From: a virus
Lineage: Duplodnaviria; Caudoviricetes
Strand: one strand, 5' to 3'
IMG/VR virus record: IMGVR_UViG_3300042327_001260
Span: 32,001 to 96,000 of that record
DNA: 64,000 bases
Numbering within the stretch: the stretch's first letter is position 1; each line of letters begins with the position of its first letter. The position numbers and the translations under genes were made by a program. A model generated the notes under the pieces. It saw only the letters and a list, made by a program, of their open reading frames with translations. It was not told the DNA's origin and made no database searches. Shown in pieces: positions 37,349-48,199 of this stretch.

Positions 37349-37654
37349 ATGGAAGTAATAGACATATTATCTCATTATATAGATAAGACTCAAAATTTAA
37401 TAATTGTTGAGTTCAGAATGATGGGTGATGACGATGAGGTAGTTAGAGAAGATTTTATTGAATATTCTTATTTTGAAGAGTTTGGTTTTGATAAAAATAA
37501 AAACTTTGAAATATTTGAGTCTTTAATCGAGGAAGGTGATGAGTGGGAGGATGATGACGTTGATTATATTTCAGATGAATCATCACTAATTAATTTTTTA
37601 AACGAATATTATGTTGTTTATCCAAAAAAAATACCTAAACCAGAATTTAAATAA
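37349..37654 (+). CDS. Acidic hypothetical protein
   Basis: 101-aa ORF in the operon. Confidence 0.7.
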   Translation: MEVIDILSHYIDKTQNLIIVEFRMMGDDDEVVREDFIEYSYFEEFGFDKNKNFEIFESLIEEGDEWEDDDVDYISDESSLINFLNEYYVVYPKKIPKPEFK

Positions 37655-37656
37655 AA

Positions 37657-39285
37657 ATGGGAAATTTATTAAATGAAATAAGACAATTTAGAAGATTTGT
37701 TAACTTAAATGAGGAGTTTTCTCCAATAAAAAATGTAATGTTTGGTGACGAACTAATTTATTTTTTATACGATGATGATATAACCATTATTAAAGAACTT
37801 AGTGATAAGTTTTTAACTATGACAGATTTAATTACTCGGTTGAGCAGTATGGAACCTGATTTTAGTATTGATCACGTATTTTTTTCAATAGGTACAGATG
37901 ATAAGTTTAAAAACACTAATCAAATTTTTATTTTATCTAAAGAAATTAGAAGAGCATTTCCAAAATCAAGATTAAACGTAATTAGAGCAATTATCGATGA
38001 ATCTTATTTTTATTCGTATGAGGAAGATAAAGTTATTGATAATTTAGAATTAGAAATTGATAATTTTTATAATGTGTTTGATAAAGCCAATGTAAAAGTT
38101 ATTGGTACATATAATTCTGTTGATTACGGTGGTGGGATTTCTAGAGAAAAAATTAATAATATTAAAACAGAAATTGCAAAATCAATATTAGACGATGTTA
38201 CTGATATTGATATAAATTCACCAATAAATCAAAGTTTATCTTCAGAACCATTTATTAATGTTAATAATGATGTTATAGAAGGTGATGATGAAACTGACTT
38301 TGATACAATTTATGAATTTTTGGATAGATTTGAAAAGATTTATAAATCAGGAAATCAATATAATAGAAGAACCAACCAAACACATAAGTTAGATATCGAA
38401 CAAATTCAAATAGCTCTTAATTTTTTATTAGACGAAGAAATTGATATTAATGGTAAATATGATTTAGAAACTGAAGACTCTGTAATGTATTATCAGAGTT
38501 TAAAGGATTTACCGGAAACAGGAATTTGTGATAAAGAAACATTAGAAGAAATTTTTTACGATTTAAAAGTAAAAAGCTTCGATGAGGACGATCTTTCAAG
38601 GTATATCACTATTGATAGAGATATTATCCAAATGGAAAAAGAAATAAGAAAATTTACAGGAACTGTTGATAGTGTTTGGAAAGGGTTTACTGATAAAATC
38701 ATAGATAATTTTGAGGGAGGATATTGGAATAAAGATAGAACTAAACCTGATAGTGAGAAATGTTTAAATCATCCATATGACCCGATGTATGATAATTCAG
38801 GAGAAACTATGTTCGGTATTGATAGAAGAGCCGGTGATTGGGATAATGATTCTGCTGGTAGAGAATTTTTTGGTTTAATAGATGATGAAAAGGAAAGTGC
38901 GGGAAGTATGGTGGAATTCTGTAGTACTTGGGTTTATAACTATCGTGGTGGATCATTAAAAGAAGAATTAAAATTAAGAGCATCAGCACTAATGAAATCT
39001 TCATATGATAAAAATTCAAGATATTTTACTTCCGAGGCAAAAGAATTAGTTGAATCAGATAAGAGGTTACTTTTTCATTTTGCTTACGCTTGTTGGAACG
39101 GTTCCGGATTTTTCCAAGATTTTGCAACAGATATTAATAATGCTGTAAGAGATGGTAAAATTGGTGATGAACTTGTTGACGTTGCTGTTGAATCAAGAAA
39201 CAATCGTTTTAGTGGTACTGATTGGGCAGACGGTAACGCAAAGGTAGTTGATATAATCAAAAACGACGCAAGTTTACAGTCTTAA
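37657..39285 (+). CDS. Leader-bearing putative lysin: PG-binding domain plus GH108-like lysozyme
   Basis: IEQIQIAL..INGKYD..TEDSV..YQ...L..TGICD (PG_binding_1-like); FEGGY..SGETMFGI. Confidence 0.7.
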   Translation: MGNLLNEIRQFRRFVNLNEEFSPIKNVMFGDELIYFLYDDDITIIKELSDKFLTMTDLITRLSSMEPDFSIDHVFFSIGTDDKFKNTNQIFILSKEIRRAFPKSRLNVIRAIIDESYFYSYEEDKVIDNLELEIDNFYNVFDKANVKVIGTYNSVDYGGGISREKINNIKTEIAKSILDDVTDIDINSPINQSLSSEPFINVNNDVIEGDDETDFDTIYEFLDRFEKIYKSGNQYNRRTNQTHKLDIEQIQIALNFLLDEEIDINGKYDLETEDSVMYYQSLKDLPETGICDKETLEEIFYDLKVKSFDEDDLSRYITIDRDIIQMEKEIRKFTGTVDSVWKGFTDKIIDNFEGGYWNKDRTKPDSEKCLNHPYDPMYDNSGETMFGIDRRAGDWDNDSAGREFFGLIDDEKESAGSMVEFCSTWVYNYRGGSLKEELKLRASALMKSSYDKNSRYFTSEAKELVESDKRLLFHFAYACWNGSGFFQDFATDINNAVRDGKIGDELVDVAVESRNNRFSGTDWADGNAKVVDIIKNDASLQS

Positions 39286-39322
39286 CACATTTATTTAATA
39301 CGTTTTTATTATATTTATTGGT

Positions 39323-39697
39323 ATGTGCTCATACCATGTAAATTTTAGTAATTTCATTGCGATAATATACCTTAAAAAAACCAATTTTTTAGGTATGAAG
39401 AACACTATTTCTATAGTTGTAACACCAACATTTAAAGTGGTAAAAATTGATACTATTTATAATACTAATATCCCTATAAAAAAAGGTGAAATTATTAATA
39501 TAGAAAAATTCTCAAAATGGGTGGTAGATAATAAATACGACATGCACTTTTCAACAAAAAATTCAAAATTTAAAAGAGATCTTTATTTCTATTTTGATGA
39601 TATTATTTTAAATAGTAATAACACAAAAAAAGGATTATTCAATAATATTATGTCATATTTAAAATCTTTATTTAGTTTTATAATATTTATAAAATAA
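39323..39697 (+). CDS. Hypothetical protein
   Basis: 124-aa ORF; TATTTAT at 39312. Confidence 0.55.
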   Translation: MCSYHVNFSNFIAIIYLKKTNFLGMKNTISIVVTPTFKVVKIDTIYNTNIPIKKGEIINIEKFSKWVVDNKYDMHFSTKNSKFKRDLYFYFDDIILNSNNTKKGLFNNIMSYLKSLFSFIIFIK

Positions 39698-40092
39698 TGA
39701 ATTTATTAGAACAAGACATAAAAAGAATAAAACAATTGATGATTTTAGAGGATCAATTGGATACTGACATTAATTTGGCTAAAACAGGTAGTGACCAAGA
39801 TATAAAACAAAAAGGTCCGTCAACAGATGATGGTAATAACGATTCTGAAGATGGTATGAGTGAATCTGAGTTAGGAGAAGAAGAGGCGTCTACTGATACT
39901 ACTACAGATACAAAATCCGATACAGGAGCATCAATCACGCCATGGGAAAGTGGTAGAACTTTAGGACCAACATATAAAGGACCAAACGCCAAATGGGAAA
40001 GTGGTGTTGGTAAGGGTCCTGGTAATAAAACTGCTACGGAAAAATGGGCTTCAGGTAGAACCATGGGACCAACGGGGAAAAATTATAAGTAA
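39697..40092 (+). CDS. Leader-bearing protein with three WxSGxxxGP repeats
   Basis: MNLLEQDIKRIKQLMILE; WESGRTLGP, WESGVGKGP, WASGRTMGP. Confidence 0.8.
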   Translation: MNLLEQDIKRIKQLMILEDQLDTDINLAKTGSDQDIKQKGPSTDDGNNDSEDGMSESELGEEEASTDTTTDTKSDTGASITPWESGRTLGPTYKGPNAKWESGVGKGPGNKTATEKWASGRTMGPTGKNYK

Positions 40093-41138
40093 TGATAAAT
40101 AAAACTATATTATATGAAATAAATAATTATCGTAAATTAATGGGTTTATCTGCATTAGTGATTGAACAGGACGAACCAAAAGTTGAAGATAAAGAAGAAG
40201 AAAACATAAATATTGTTAATACTATTTTTGATGGTTCCGATTCTTCTGAAATTTTAGAACTATTAGAGGGGACTAATAAAACTTTGGGGGAGTTAATTAG
40301 TTCGGATTATTTAACGGAAAATGAATATAAAATTTTAATTAAAGTAGCTGAAATTAAAAACTTAAGTGCCTTTAATACAGTTATGGAAAACATTTATATT
40401 TCTGATGACTACAAAAAAGTGATAATAAATGAGTATAATTTAGAATTAAATTTGTTTGTTGAAGAAATGAAATCAAGGGAGGGTATTACTAAATATGAAT
40501 ACCCTTCTTGTGTAAAAGAATTTACATATTCTTTAATTAATTTTTTAAATGAAGATTTTAAAAATGTAGAAAATACAATTTTAGGTGAGTACGAAAGTAA
40601 AATAAAAAATCAATGGGTTGATTATGAAATGAATGAAATCGCAAATCAATATAACGAACATGCGATAGACGAAACCGACTATGTATTTTTATCTACAAAA
40701 CAACCAAATTATAGTGGTTGGAAATTTTATCTATATGCTGAAAATACAACAGATGTTATTGATCTACTTATTTTGGTGGGTGATTACCTTAAAAATAGTG
40801 GAGTAGTGTTTAAGGCGTCCACAAAAAAGAATTTTGATGGTGGAGTAAAAAAAGGTATAATCATATATCTTCCTTATGATATGGTTTTAAACAAAAAACA
40901 AAAAGAATTTATAGATTACATTAGTAATGAAATAACAAATTATACTAAAACCGGAACGATAGATGGCACAAAATCATATAATAGTAAAATATTTTATTCT
41001 TATGAGTTTAACAAAAAATTTGACAAGTTACCAAAAGGGGGTGTTAAATACGACGAACTAAGTAAATTTTATATACCTAATACGGGTGGTGATTATATGA
41101 AAAATATAAAACAATCAGATTTATTTGATACGGAATAA
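40092..41138 (+). CDS. Leader-bearing hypothetical protein
   Basis: ILYEINNYRKLMGL..VIEQ. Confidence 0.8.
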   Translation: MINKTILYEINNYRKLMGLSALVIEQDEPKVEDKEEENINIVNTIFDGSDSSEILELLEGTNKTLGELISSDYLTENEYKILIKVAEIKNLSAFNTVMENIYISDDYKKVIINEYNLELNLFVEEMKSREGITKYEYPSCVKEFTYSLINFLNEDFKNVENTILGEYESKIKNQWVDYEMNEIANQYNEHAIDETDYVFLSTKQPNYSGWKFYLYAENTTDVIDLLILVGDYLKNSGVVFKASTKKNFDGGVKKGIIIYLPYDMVLNKKQKEFIDYISNEITNYTKTGTIDGTKSYNSKIFYSYEFNKKFDKLPKGGVKYDELSKFYIPNTGGDYMKNIKQSDLFDTE

Positions 41139-41158
41139 AAAAACATAAAAAAATAAAA

Positions 41159-43645
41159 ATGTTAAAGTTAATAAGTACTAAAAATATTTTATTAGAAGTT
41201 GATGGAAGAAAGTATTATATAACATCTGATAATCAATATGGTTATGTCGATGCCCCATATAGTATCCCCCCAGGATCAACCGAAATAACTGAAGATCAAT
41301 ATAACTCATGGTATGATCAAAATAAGTCTAAATTAAATTCACTATCAACCACTACCTATAGTTGGGAGGGTGATAACTTAAAGGGGGTTCAAGAAAGAAT
41401 GCCACCTGTAGAATATAATGGACAGGTAGTGTCTAAATTGGGTAGTATTAATCCAGAACAGTGGGGTCAGTATATGGGTGTTTTAGGTGATTATAATAAA
41501 CAAATGGAAGAACATACTGCTTGGTTAAAAAAATGGTTTAAAGATAATGCTCCTGGAGACGATTATTATAAAAATAATATGTTTTATTATAAGGGTTCTG
41601 ACGGGTTACCGGTTTATAACGAATCGGCAATGAAGAATCATATACCAGGTTTACACCCACAAGAATCTGCAGAATACCACGCAAAAAAAAATACAATATT
41701 AAGTAACCATAACTCAGCATTAACTACCCTAAAACAAAATCACGACTCGATAAATCAAAGATATAAATCTGATTTAGATAAAGTTGAGAAGGATTGGGGT
41801 CAACCTGAGACACCAACAAACTATGAAGATGTTTATAACACAGGTGCTGGTAAATATAATGCATATGATCCCGAAGGTGGTCTTGGAGCAACATTAAAAA
41901 GCCCAACAAGTGGAGGTGTAGCGACTGGGGACCCAAACATCGATAGTTGGATTAAATTTACAAAACCCACATATGAGAAAAAAAGGGAAGAGGTTTTAAA
42001 TAAAATGTCTGCAGAGTCTACTTCATATAAAAATAAGATTAAGGCTCAAGAATCAAAATATAATGATGAAGTAAAAAAATTAGATAAAGAATATTTACAC
42101 CCTGAGTTTAATGGTGGTATTGGTATAACGAAAGAAGAGTTAAAACTTTACAATAAATTAAGTGATGCTCAGAAAAAAAAATGGGACGAAATTAATAAAG
42201 ATATACGTAAGGCTGATAGTCTTGCTTGGGCGGAATATAATCGTGACGAACAAACCCCAGGATTAGCTGGACAACCCGGTTTTGATACAGGGAGCGAATC
42301 TTGGAAGTTAAGAGAATTAGTTATTTCTAAAGCAGAACAACCTATAACAAATTGGTCGGATGACCCTGAAATAAAAAAACAAACGGAGTTACAAAAAATA
42401 AAATTAAAAACAACAGACTTGATGATTAGTCAACTTTATCAAGAAGACCTTGATTTGCTTGCCGCGACTTTTGGTGCTAAAACAAGTAAACAAAAGTACG
42501 AAGAAGAAAAAGAAAACGCTTCTTGGTATGATGTAACGTATTGGGATGTTCATGATTGGTTAATGGTTGCTAGTGTTGCGTGTTTTTTAATTCCTGGATT
42601 ACAAGGAGTTGCTCTTGCAGGTAGGGGATTATCATTATTTGGGGCAGCAGATGCTGCCGCAACGGCGTTAAGTCTTGGACTTACTGACGCAGCATTACTC
42701 TCATCGGCAATTGATTTGTTAGACGCTGGTATATACGTAAGTGAGGATAATTGGAAGTCTGCGGGGTTATCTGTATTATTTGCGTTTGTACCTATTGCTG
42801 TAGATGCCGGTATTTTAAAGGGTGTTGGATCAAAAGGGGTAAAAATTATTACTGATTTTTTAAAGTCTGTACCTGATGCGTTTTTAAAGGCAAATGGACA
42901 AATGACTATGAGGGAACTTTATGAATACACAAAAGTAATTCTTGATGCTGAAGTTCAAAATGTAATAAAAAAGGTTTCTCAAAAATCAGCAGATATTATT
43001 GATTTAATGAATACTGCTTCTGGTAATATATTAAAAACTGCCTCTGAAAAAATAGGCGCATCAACAATTGCAAAATCAACCGCAACAGTGGTTAAAGTTT
43101 CGGCTAAAGGTATGGTAGGACTTCTAAAATTTGGAAGTAAATCGGGGTTAGTTTTGGCTGGGTATGGAGGAATGGCAATTGCATATGATTATGGTGTAGA
43201 AGTTTACCAAGAAAATATTGCAAAATCACCAAGAACTGTAATTGAGGAGGGCGGATTTCCTTGGGAATCCCTAAAAAGTGAGTTTGGTAGTGATGGTAGT
43301 GCAAATGATAATAATTTACTTAAACAAGCATTTCTTTTGGGTTGGAGGCCAGGAATGCCAATACCTACCGAATTTCAAACAACAACCTATAAAAAAAGGT
43401 TGGCTGAACAAAAAAAACAAAAAGAAGAGGAATTCACTAGTGAGGAAGCATTAGCCCTTATAAATGATTTTATTAATCAGAATCAACAAAAAATAAAAGA
43501 AGAAAAAGAAACTGAAATAACTGAAGAAATTAAAGATAAATTAGAAAATAACGATAAAAAGGTTGAGGAAATAAGAAATAGTATTTTGGATAAATGGACA
43601 AAAGTTCAAAATAAAGAAGGTAGTACATCTGAAACACAAAAATAA
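41159..43645 (+). CDS. Large protein with coiled coils and an internal hydrophobic pre-toxin-like segment
   Basis: 828 aa; VHDWLMVASVACFLIPG..IDLLDAGIYVSEDNWKSAGLSVLFAFVP. Confidence 0.75.
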   Translation: MLKLISTKNILLEVDGRKYYITSDNQYGYVDAPYSIPPGSTEITEDQYNSWYDQNKSKLNSLSTTTYSWEGDNLKGVQERMPPVEYNGQVVSKLGSINPEQWGQYMGVLGDYNKQMEEHTAWLKKWFKDNAPGDDYYKNNMFYYKGSDGLPVYNESAMKNHIPGLHPQESAEYHAKKNTILSNHNSALTTLKQNHDSINQRYKSDLDKVEKDWGQPETPTNYEDVYNTGAGKYNAYDPEGGLGATLKSPTSGGVATGDPNIDSWIKFTKPTYEKKREEVLNKMSAESTSYKNKIKAQESKYNDEVKKLDKEYLHPEFNGGIGITKEELKLYNKLSDAQKKKWDEINKDIRKADSLAWAEYNRDEQTPGLAGQPGFDTGSESWKLRELVISKAEQPITNWSDDPEIKKQTELQKIKLKTTDLMISQLYQEDLDLLAATFGAKTSKQKYEEEKENASWYDVTYWDVHDWLMVASVACFLIPGLQGVALAGRGLSLFGAADAAATALSLGLTDAALLSSAIDLLDAGIYVSEDNWKSAGLSVLFAFVPIAVDAGILKGVGSKGVKIITDFLKSVPDAFLKANGQMTMRELYEYTKVILDAEVQNVIKKVSQKSADIIDLMNTASGNILKTASEKIGASTIAKSTATVVKVSAKGMVGLLKFGSKSGLVLAGYGGMAIAYDYGVEVYQENIAKSPRTVIEEGGFPWESLKSEFGSDGSANDNNLLKQAFLLGWRPGMPIPTEFQTTTYKKRLAEQKKQKEEEFTSEEALALINDFINQNQQKIKEEKETEITEEIKDKLENNDKKVEEIRNSILDKWTKVQNKEGSTSETQK

Positions 43646-43649
43646 AAAA

Positions 43650-44918
43650 ATGAAAAATAATTTATTACTAGAAGTAGAAAGAAATTTAACATTAATGGGG
43701 ATTTCAAAAAAAGTTAACCTTATTAATGAAGGTAGAGGTGAATTTTCTAATAGAATTTGGTCATTAATTTTAGGTGTTGGAGATAATACCCCGTCTGTAA
43801 TTAAAAAACGATCAAATAACATCTCAATCATTTTAAATAATACAGGATTAAATTTAAATACACTAAGAAAAAATGAAATAAAGTCAGGTATTGAAAAACT
43901 AATCTCCGCCAACACTAATATTGAGGAGGTGTTGATATACATGGAAAAAGAATTAACACCAAGTGTTGTTGAAAAGATTGAAAAAAAATTATCATCTCTT
44001 GGTTTACTAGATAATCAAATAATAAAATCACTTATAAGTGATTTATCCGATAAAAATTCAGATTTATCTAAAGGATTTATTTTAGATGTTAATCAAGAAT
44101 TAAATAAATTTATTAACGACGAAAGATTTGTTAATTTAAGTCCATCGAATAAAATTAAATCTTTAGATGATTTTAAACAAATATTGGCGTCGACATACAG
44201 TAGTTATTTTGGTGTTGGGACAACCCCTAAAAATGTTATTGATTTAGTTGATGGTGTATTTCAAAAAGAAGTGGATAACATAAACACTTCATCCGAAGCT
44301 AAAACAATTTTTGACAATAAAAAACAAAATATATTTTCTTCTGATCAATCGACATCATCTAATAATTCTATTTTTATGTTTAATGAAACAGGAACAAAAG
44401 GATATTATCAAGTACTTTCTTTTTCTAAATTTCCTGATGAGTTTTATGATTATGTTTCGTCTTTAGGTAAAGATTTAGAATCTGAAGTAATGGATTATTT
44501 AATTAACCGTACTTATATTGAAGCAAGCGGAGAATTTAATAGAGTACATTTTAGAGAAGGAATACACCCAAAATTACAAGGGATTGGTTTAGGTTATACC
44601 ATATATAGAGATTTTATTAATTTTTTAGGTTACGCATCCTCATCTGATAACGCAACAGTAGAATCAAAAAGAGTTTGGGAAAAACTATTTGACAGTTCAG
44701 ATTATTATGGTGTATACGGTACAGGGGATAATGTTTTAATCGTAAATAAAAATTGGGTAGGGGACATTGAATCGTTATTCAAATCTTTCATATCAAAAAA
44801 ATGTCAAGGTAATGATGTAAAAATAAATAATTCTTTTTTATCGGATTATCCTGAATTTAGTGTTTATTTAAGTAAAAACGTAAATGAATTGTATTATAAA
44901 TTAAAAAATAAAAATTAA
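43650..44918 (+). CDS. Leader-bearing protein; N-terminus paralogous to the next gene, C-terminal GNAT-like domain
   Basis: IHPKLQGIGLGYTIY..SKRVWEKL. Confidence 0.75.
   Translation: MKNNLLLEVERNLTLMGISKKVNLINEGRGEFSNRIWSLILGVGDNTPSVIKKRSNNISIILNNTGLNLNTLRKNEIKSGIEKLISANTNIEEVLIYMEKELTPSVVEKIEKKLSSLGLLDNQIIKSLISDLSDKNSDLSKGFILDVNQELNKFINDERFVNLSPSNKIKSLDDFKQILASTYSSYFGVGTTPKNVIDLVDGVFQKEVDNINTSSEAKTIFDNKKQNIFSSDQSTSSNNSIFMFNETGTKGYYQVLSFSKFPDEFYDYVSSLGKDLESEVMDYLINRTYIEASGEFNRVHFREGIHPKLQGIGLGYTIYRDFINFLGYASSSDNATVESKRVWEKLFDSSDYYGVYGTGDNVLIVNKNWVGDIESLFKSFISKKCQGNDVKINNSFLSDYPEFSVYLSKNVNELYYKLKNKN
43663..43760 (+). repeat. 98-bp exact direct repeat, copy 1 (copy 2 at 44958-45055)
   Basis: Identical DNA across codons 5-37 of two adjacent genes. 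Confidence 0.9.
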
Positions 44919-44944
44919 GACAATATTTATAAAAAAATAAAAAA

Positions 44945-47900
44945 ATGAAAAAAAATCTATTACTAGAAGTAGAAAGAAATTTAACATTAATGGGGATTTC
45001 AAAAAAAGTTAACCTTATTAATGAAGGTAGAGGTGAATTTTCTAATAGAATTTGGGGATTAATACTACAAATTGATGACGCTACCGCAGCTGGAATACAA
45101 AAAAGGGCGACTAATCTTACCAAAATGTTAAACAATACAAATACGTCTATATTGGAATCTAGAAAGAGGGCATTAAAGGAGGAAATTGAAAGAATGATTA
45201 GAGAAGGGAAAACTGTCGATCAGGTTATTGAATATTTAGAAAGAGAATTAACTCCAGAAGTTATGTCAACACTTGAAAAGAAGATATCTTCTCTTCAATT
45301 AATTGATGATGCTGTTCGTAGATCTCTTTACGATGATTTAGTTGATACGAATTCTTTGTTAAGGGGTGAGGTTTTAGAAGATGCTGAACAAGAAATCGCT
45401 AATTTAGTGGATGATCCGAGATTCATCGATTTAGACTTCACAAATCAAATTAAAGCATTAAATGATTTTAAAACCCAACTTGCTGACATGTACAGTAAAT
45501 ATTTTGGTATTGAGTCTACTTCTAAAATATTAAACGACATAATAGAAGAACCAATAGAAAAGGCTAGAACCGAAGTAAGTACAACAGGTGTTAAAACGTT
45601 AGATAAACAAACGGAAGAGTCTATTGAATTACTTAAGAAAAGTGACAAATGGTTAGGAGACGTAGAAAAAGGTATTTCAGTACCAACAAGACTACAAAAA
45701 ATTGCAATGTTAAATGAGTTATTGGCTCAATTAAAAGATAATGCAGTAAAAAAATTAGGGATACTTTCAGATAATATAAAAATAAAAAATGGAATAGATG
45801 ATTTAATAGAAAAAGAAATTAAATTGATTGAATCGGAAGTTGCGGGGTTAAAAAGTACTTTAAAAACAGGATGGAAAAATTTCGCACCTAGATTAAGTGA
45901 TTTTGCAATGAGAGTTACAACATCATGGCAAAATAATTTAGATAAGGCAAAACAAGAAATTGATGACTTAGTTGTTGCTATGGGAAGTACTGATGATATT
46001 GGACCTGAACTAGCAAAAACTATCAGATCAAAATTCGCGGGACTTGTATCACATATGAAGGCTCCAGACATAAAAAAAGTATGGAGTGACTTGGAAAAAT
46101 TAATAAGAGAGGCGTATGGTGAGGTTGAGGGTTTATCAATAATAAACATGATAAAATCAGAAGGTGAAGAAAAGGATTGGATTGAATTTTTAGTAAAAGA
46201 GTCGGAACAAGGAGGTGATTCTCAGTTGACGGGGTATGTTGCAAGAATGGGACAAATGTGTGTTGGATGGTATGGATACATTTCATATCTTATTAGAGGA
46301 ATGAAAGATACGATGCCTGTTTGGAATAAAGTTTGGTGGAAACGTTTTACAAATTGGGGGTTAGTTGGTCACACAACAACCCTTAGAGAATTTATGGATT
46401 CTTTTATAAAGGCTCAATATGCTATACCATGGCTTAAATTAGGTAAAATTAAAGGGTATAACCCTCAATCATTAATGTTGAAATGGGTGCAACTTTGGTT
46501 TTATGCTAAAGTAGTACCTACAATAATATATTCAATTATATACGGAATGGTTGCGGGGGCAATGGCTAGAGTAGCACAACCATCACCAGAAGAAATTGCG
46601 GAAATGACTCCCGAAGAAAAAGAACTTTACGACGTATCAAAAAATGGGTTGAGTTTGATATGGTACACAATGAAGGAAGGGTTTTTAGAGAACTTTGATT
46701 TATTTATGTCTAGTAATGAAGATGTCAAAAAGGCAGTTGCGGAAGTTAAAAAAAATGGGGGGTTAATTAACACTGAATGGAAATGGTATCTTACAGAATT
46801 TTTTGATACTTTTATTCCTGTTGAACCTATGATATTAGAAATAATGGGGTGGGTAGATGCTGGATTAAAAACCCCATTTGAAAAAACTTGGTTAGAAAGA
46901 GCAAAGAATAAGGTATTAGAAAAAAAATCTGAGCTTGAAGAAGAGTTATCCCCAATTAAAGAAAAGTTTAAAAAACAATTGGATAATATTGATAAATCAC
47001 ACGAACAAAAAAAATTCGAGACAAACTATTCAAACTCACACCATGGATTAACACAGGAAGAGGTGGACATGTTAACAAAATGGACAAGTTCTAGAGATGC
47101 TGCCGATGGAAGTACTGAAGTATGGGTGGATGATAGGTATAGTGATGATAAATATTTTTTAACTGCAGGGACAAAAGAAAATGGTGGATCACCAAAATAT
47201 GCATATTGGAATGATAACGGAAAGTTGCGTTCATTAAAAGAATTGGCTCAAAAATTATCTCAAGAACCGGTAAAAGAATCAATAATAAAAAAAATTAGAA
47301 AAATAATAATGGAAGAAATGACAGGAAAAAAATTCGGAGACGATAATTTTAAACATTGGAAGGATACATTTACATTTAAGTCTGTTGATGAAAAAAATCC
47401 AGGACAATACAAAGAAGTAAAAATTAACATGGAAGATGTTATGGATAGAATTAACCACTTTAGAAAAAAATACGATGAGGACGATGCGTTTGTAAGAGCA
47501 GTAATTGATACACATGAAGATGTTGTAAAAGTTATGTTTACAAAAGATTTGGCTCACTTACAAGAAAACTTTAAACCAAAAGGTTTAGCGATAATTTTAC
47601 AACAAATTAGAGAATCAAGAGGTGAGATGGAAATATGGTCAGTATCTAGACCAGCAAATGGAAACTGGTTTTTAGTTAAAGGAGATTACACACCAAATCA
47701 GTTGGCAAATATGGACTTAGAAAAAAAAGAACCACAACCAAAAGAAAAGGAAGTTGACTCAAGAACAGAGGACGACTTAAAAAAAAAAGAAGAGTTAGCA
47801 CTACACAACTTAAAAAGCAACGAAAAAGAAGGGATTAACGACTTACCAAAACAAGTAAGAGATAAAGTTAATGAAAAACTTTCTAAAGGATGGACAACTG

Positions 47901-48199
47901 AGGAACCGTTTTTTGCCTTTGAAGAATTTTACGAGGTAAGTGAAATAAATTCAGTTTTTAACGATAAAATAAAAATTTATAAGTTAAATCCTTCTGAAGA
48001 ATTTTTTAAGGCTTTAGTTAAAGAATCTGCAAGTGTTAGAGTTAGTAGAGGTTTTTGTAAAACACTAAACCAAGTAAAAAATCAAACAGGTTTAGTTGAA
48101 AGACAACAAAAAGTATTAAATCATTTTATTCAAAAATGTGAAAATAAGTTTGGAAACGAGCCTATAAAAAAATATAGACAAGTTAGATTTAATGATTAA
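44945..48199 (+). CDS. Large leader-bearing helical protein with hydrophobic segments
   Basis: 1084 aa; internal VKESIIKKIRKIIMEE leader-like segment; TATTTAT at 44924. Confidence 0.85.
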   Translation: MKKNLLLEVERNLTLMGISKKVNLINEGRGEFSNRIWGLILQIDDATAAGIQKRATNLTKMLNNTNTSILESRKRALKEEIERMIREGKTVDQVIEYLERELTPEVMSTLEKKISSLQLIDDAVRRSLYDDLVDTNSLLRGEVLEDAEQEIANLVDDPRFIDLDFTNQIKALNDFKTQLADMYSKYFGIESTSKILNDIIEEPIEKARTEVSTTGVKTLDKQTEESIELLKKSDKWLGDVEKGISVPTRLQKIAMLNELLAQLKDNAVKKLGILSDNIKIKNGIDDLIEKEIKLIESEVAGLKSTLKTGWKNFAPRLSDFAMRVTTSWQNNLDKAKQEIDDLVVAMGSTDDIGPELAKTIRSKFAGLVSHMKAPDIKKVWSDLEKLIREAYGEVEGLSIINMIKSEGEEKDWIEFLVKESEQGGDSQLTGYVARMGQMCVGWYGYISYLIRGMKDTMPVWNKVWWKRFTNWGLVGHTTTLREFMDSFIKAQYAIPWLKLGKIKGYNPQSLMLKWVQLWFYAKVVPTIIYSIIYGMVAGAMARVAQPSPEEIAEMTPEEKELYDVSKNGLSLIWYTMKEGFLENFDLFMSSNEDVKKAVAEVKKNGGLINTEWKWYLTEFFDTFIPVEPMILEIMGWVDAGLKTPFEKTWLERAKNKVLEKKSELEEELSPIKEKFKKQLDNIDKSHEQKKFETNYSNSHHGLTQEEVDMLTKWTSSRDAADGSTEVWVDDRYSDDKYFLTAGTKENGGSPKYAYWNDNGKLRSLKELAQKLSQEPVKESIIKKIRKIIMEEMTGKKFGDDNFKHWKDTFTFKSVDEKNPGQYKEVKINMEDVMDRINHFRKKYDEDDAFVRAVIDTHEDVVKVMFTKDLAHLQENFKPKGLAIILQQIRESRGEMEIWSVSRPANGNWFLVKGDYTPNQLANMDLEKKEPQPKEKEVDSRTEDDLKKKEELALHNLKSNEKEGINDLPKQVRDKVNEKLSKGWTTEEPFFAFEEFYEVSEINSVFNDKIKIYKLNPSEEFFKALVKESASVRVSRGFCKTLNQVKNQTGLVERQQKVLNHFIQKCENKFGNEPIKKYRQVRFND
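44958..45055 (+). repeat. 98-bp exact direct repeat, copy 2
   Basis: Identical to 43663-43760. Confidence 0.9.

Noticed and set aside
43663-45055. Diversity-generating retroelement template/variable repeat pair
   Set aside because: The copies are identical with no adenine-specific mismatches, sit at gene 5' ends, and no reverse transcriptase is in the window
47779-47790. Poly-A runs (also at about 63479-63488) as programmed frameshift sites
   Set aside because: Reading frames continue through them as Lys codons, and such runs are expected at this AT content
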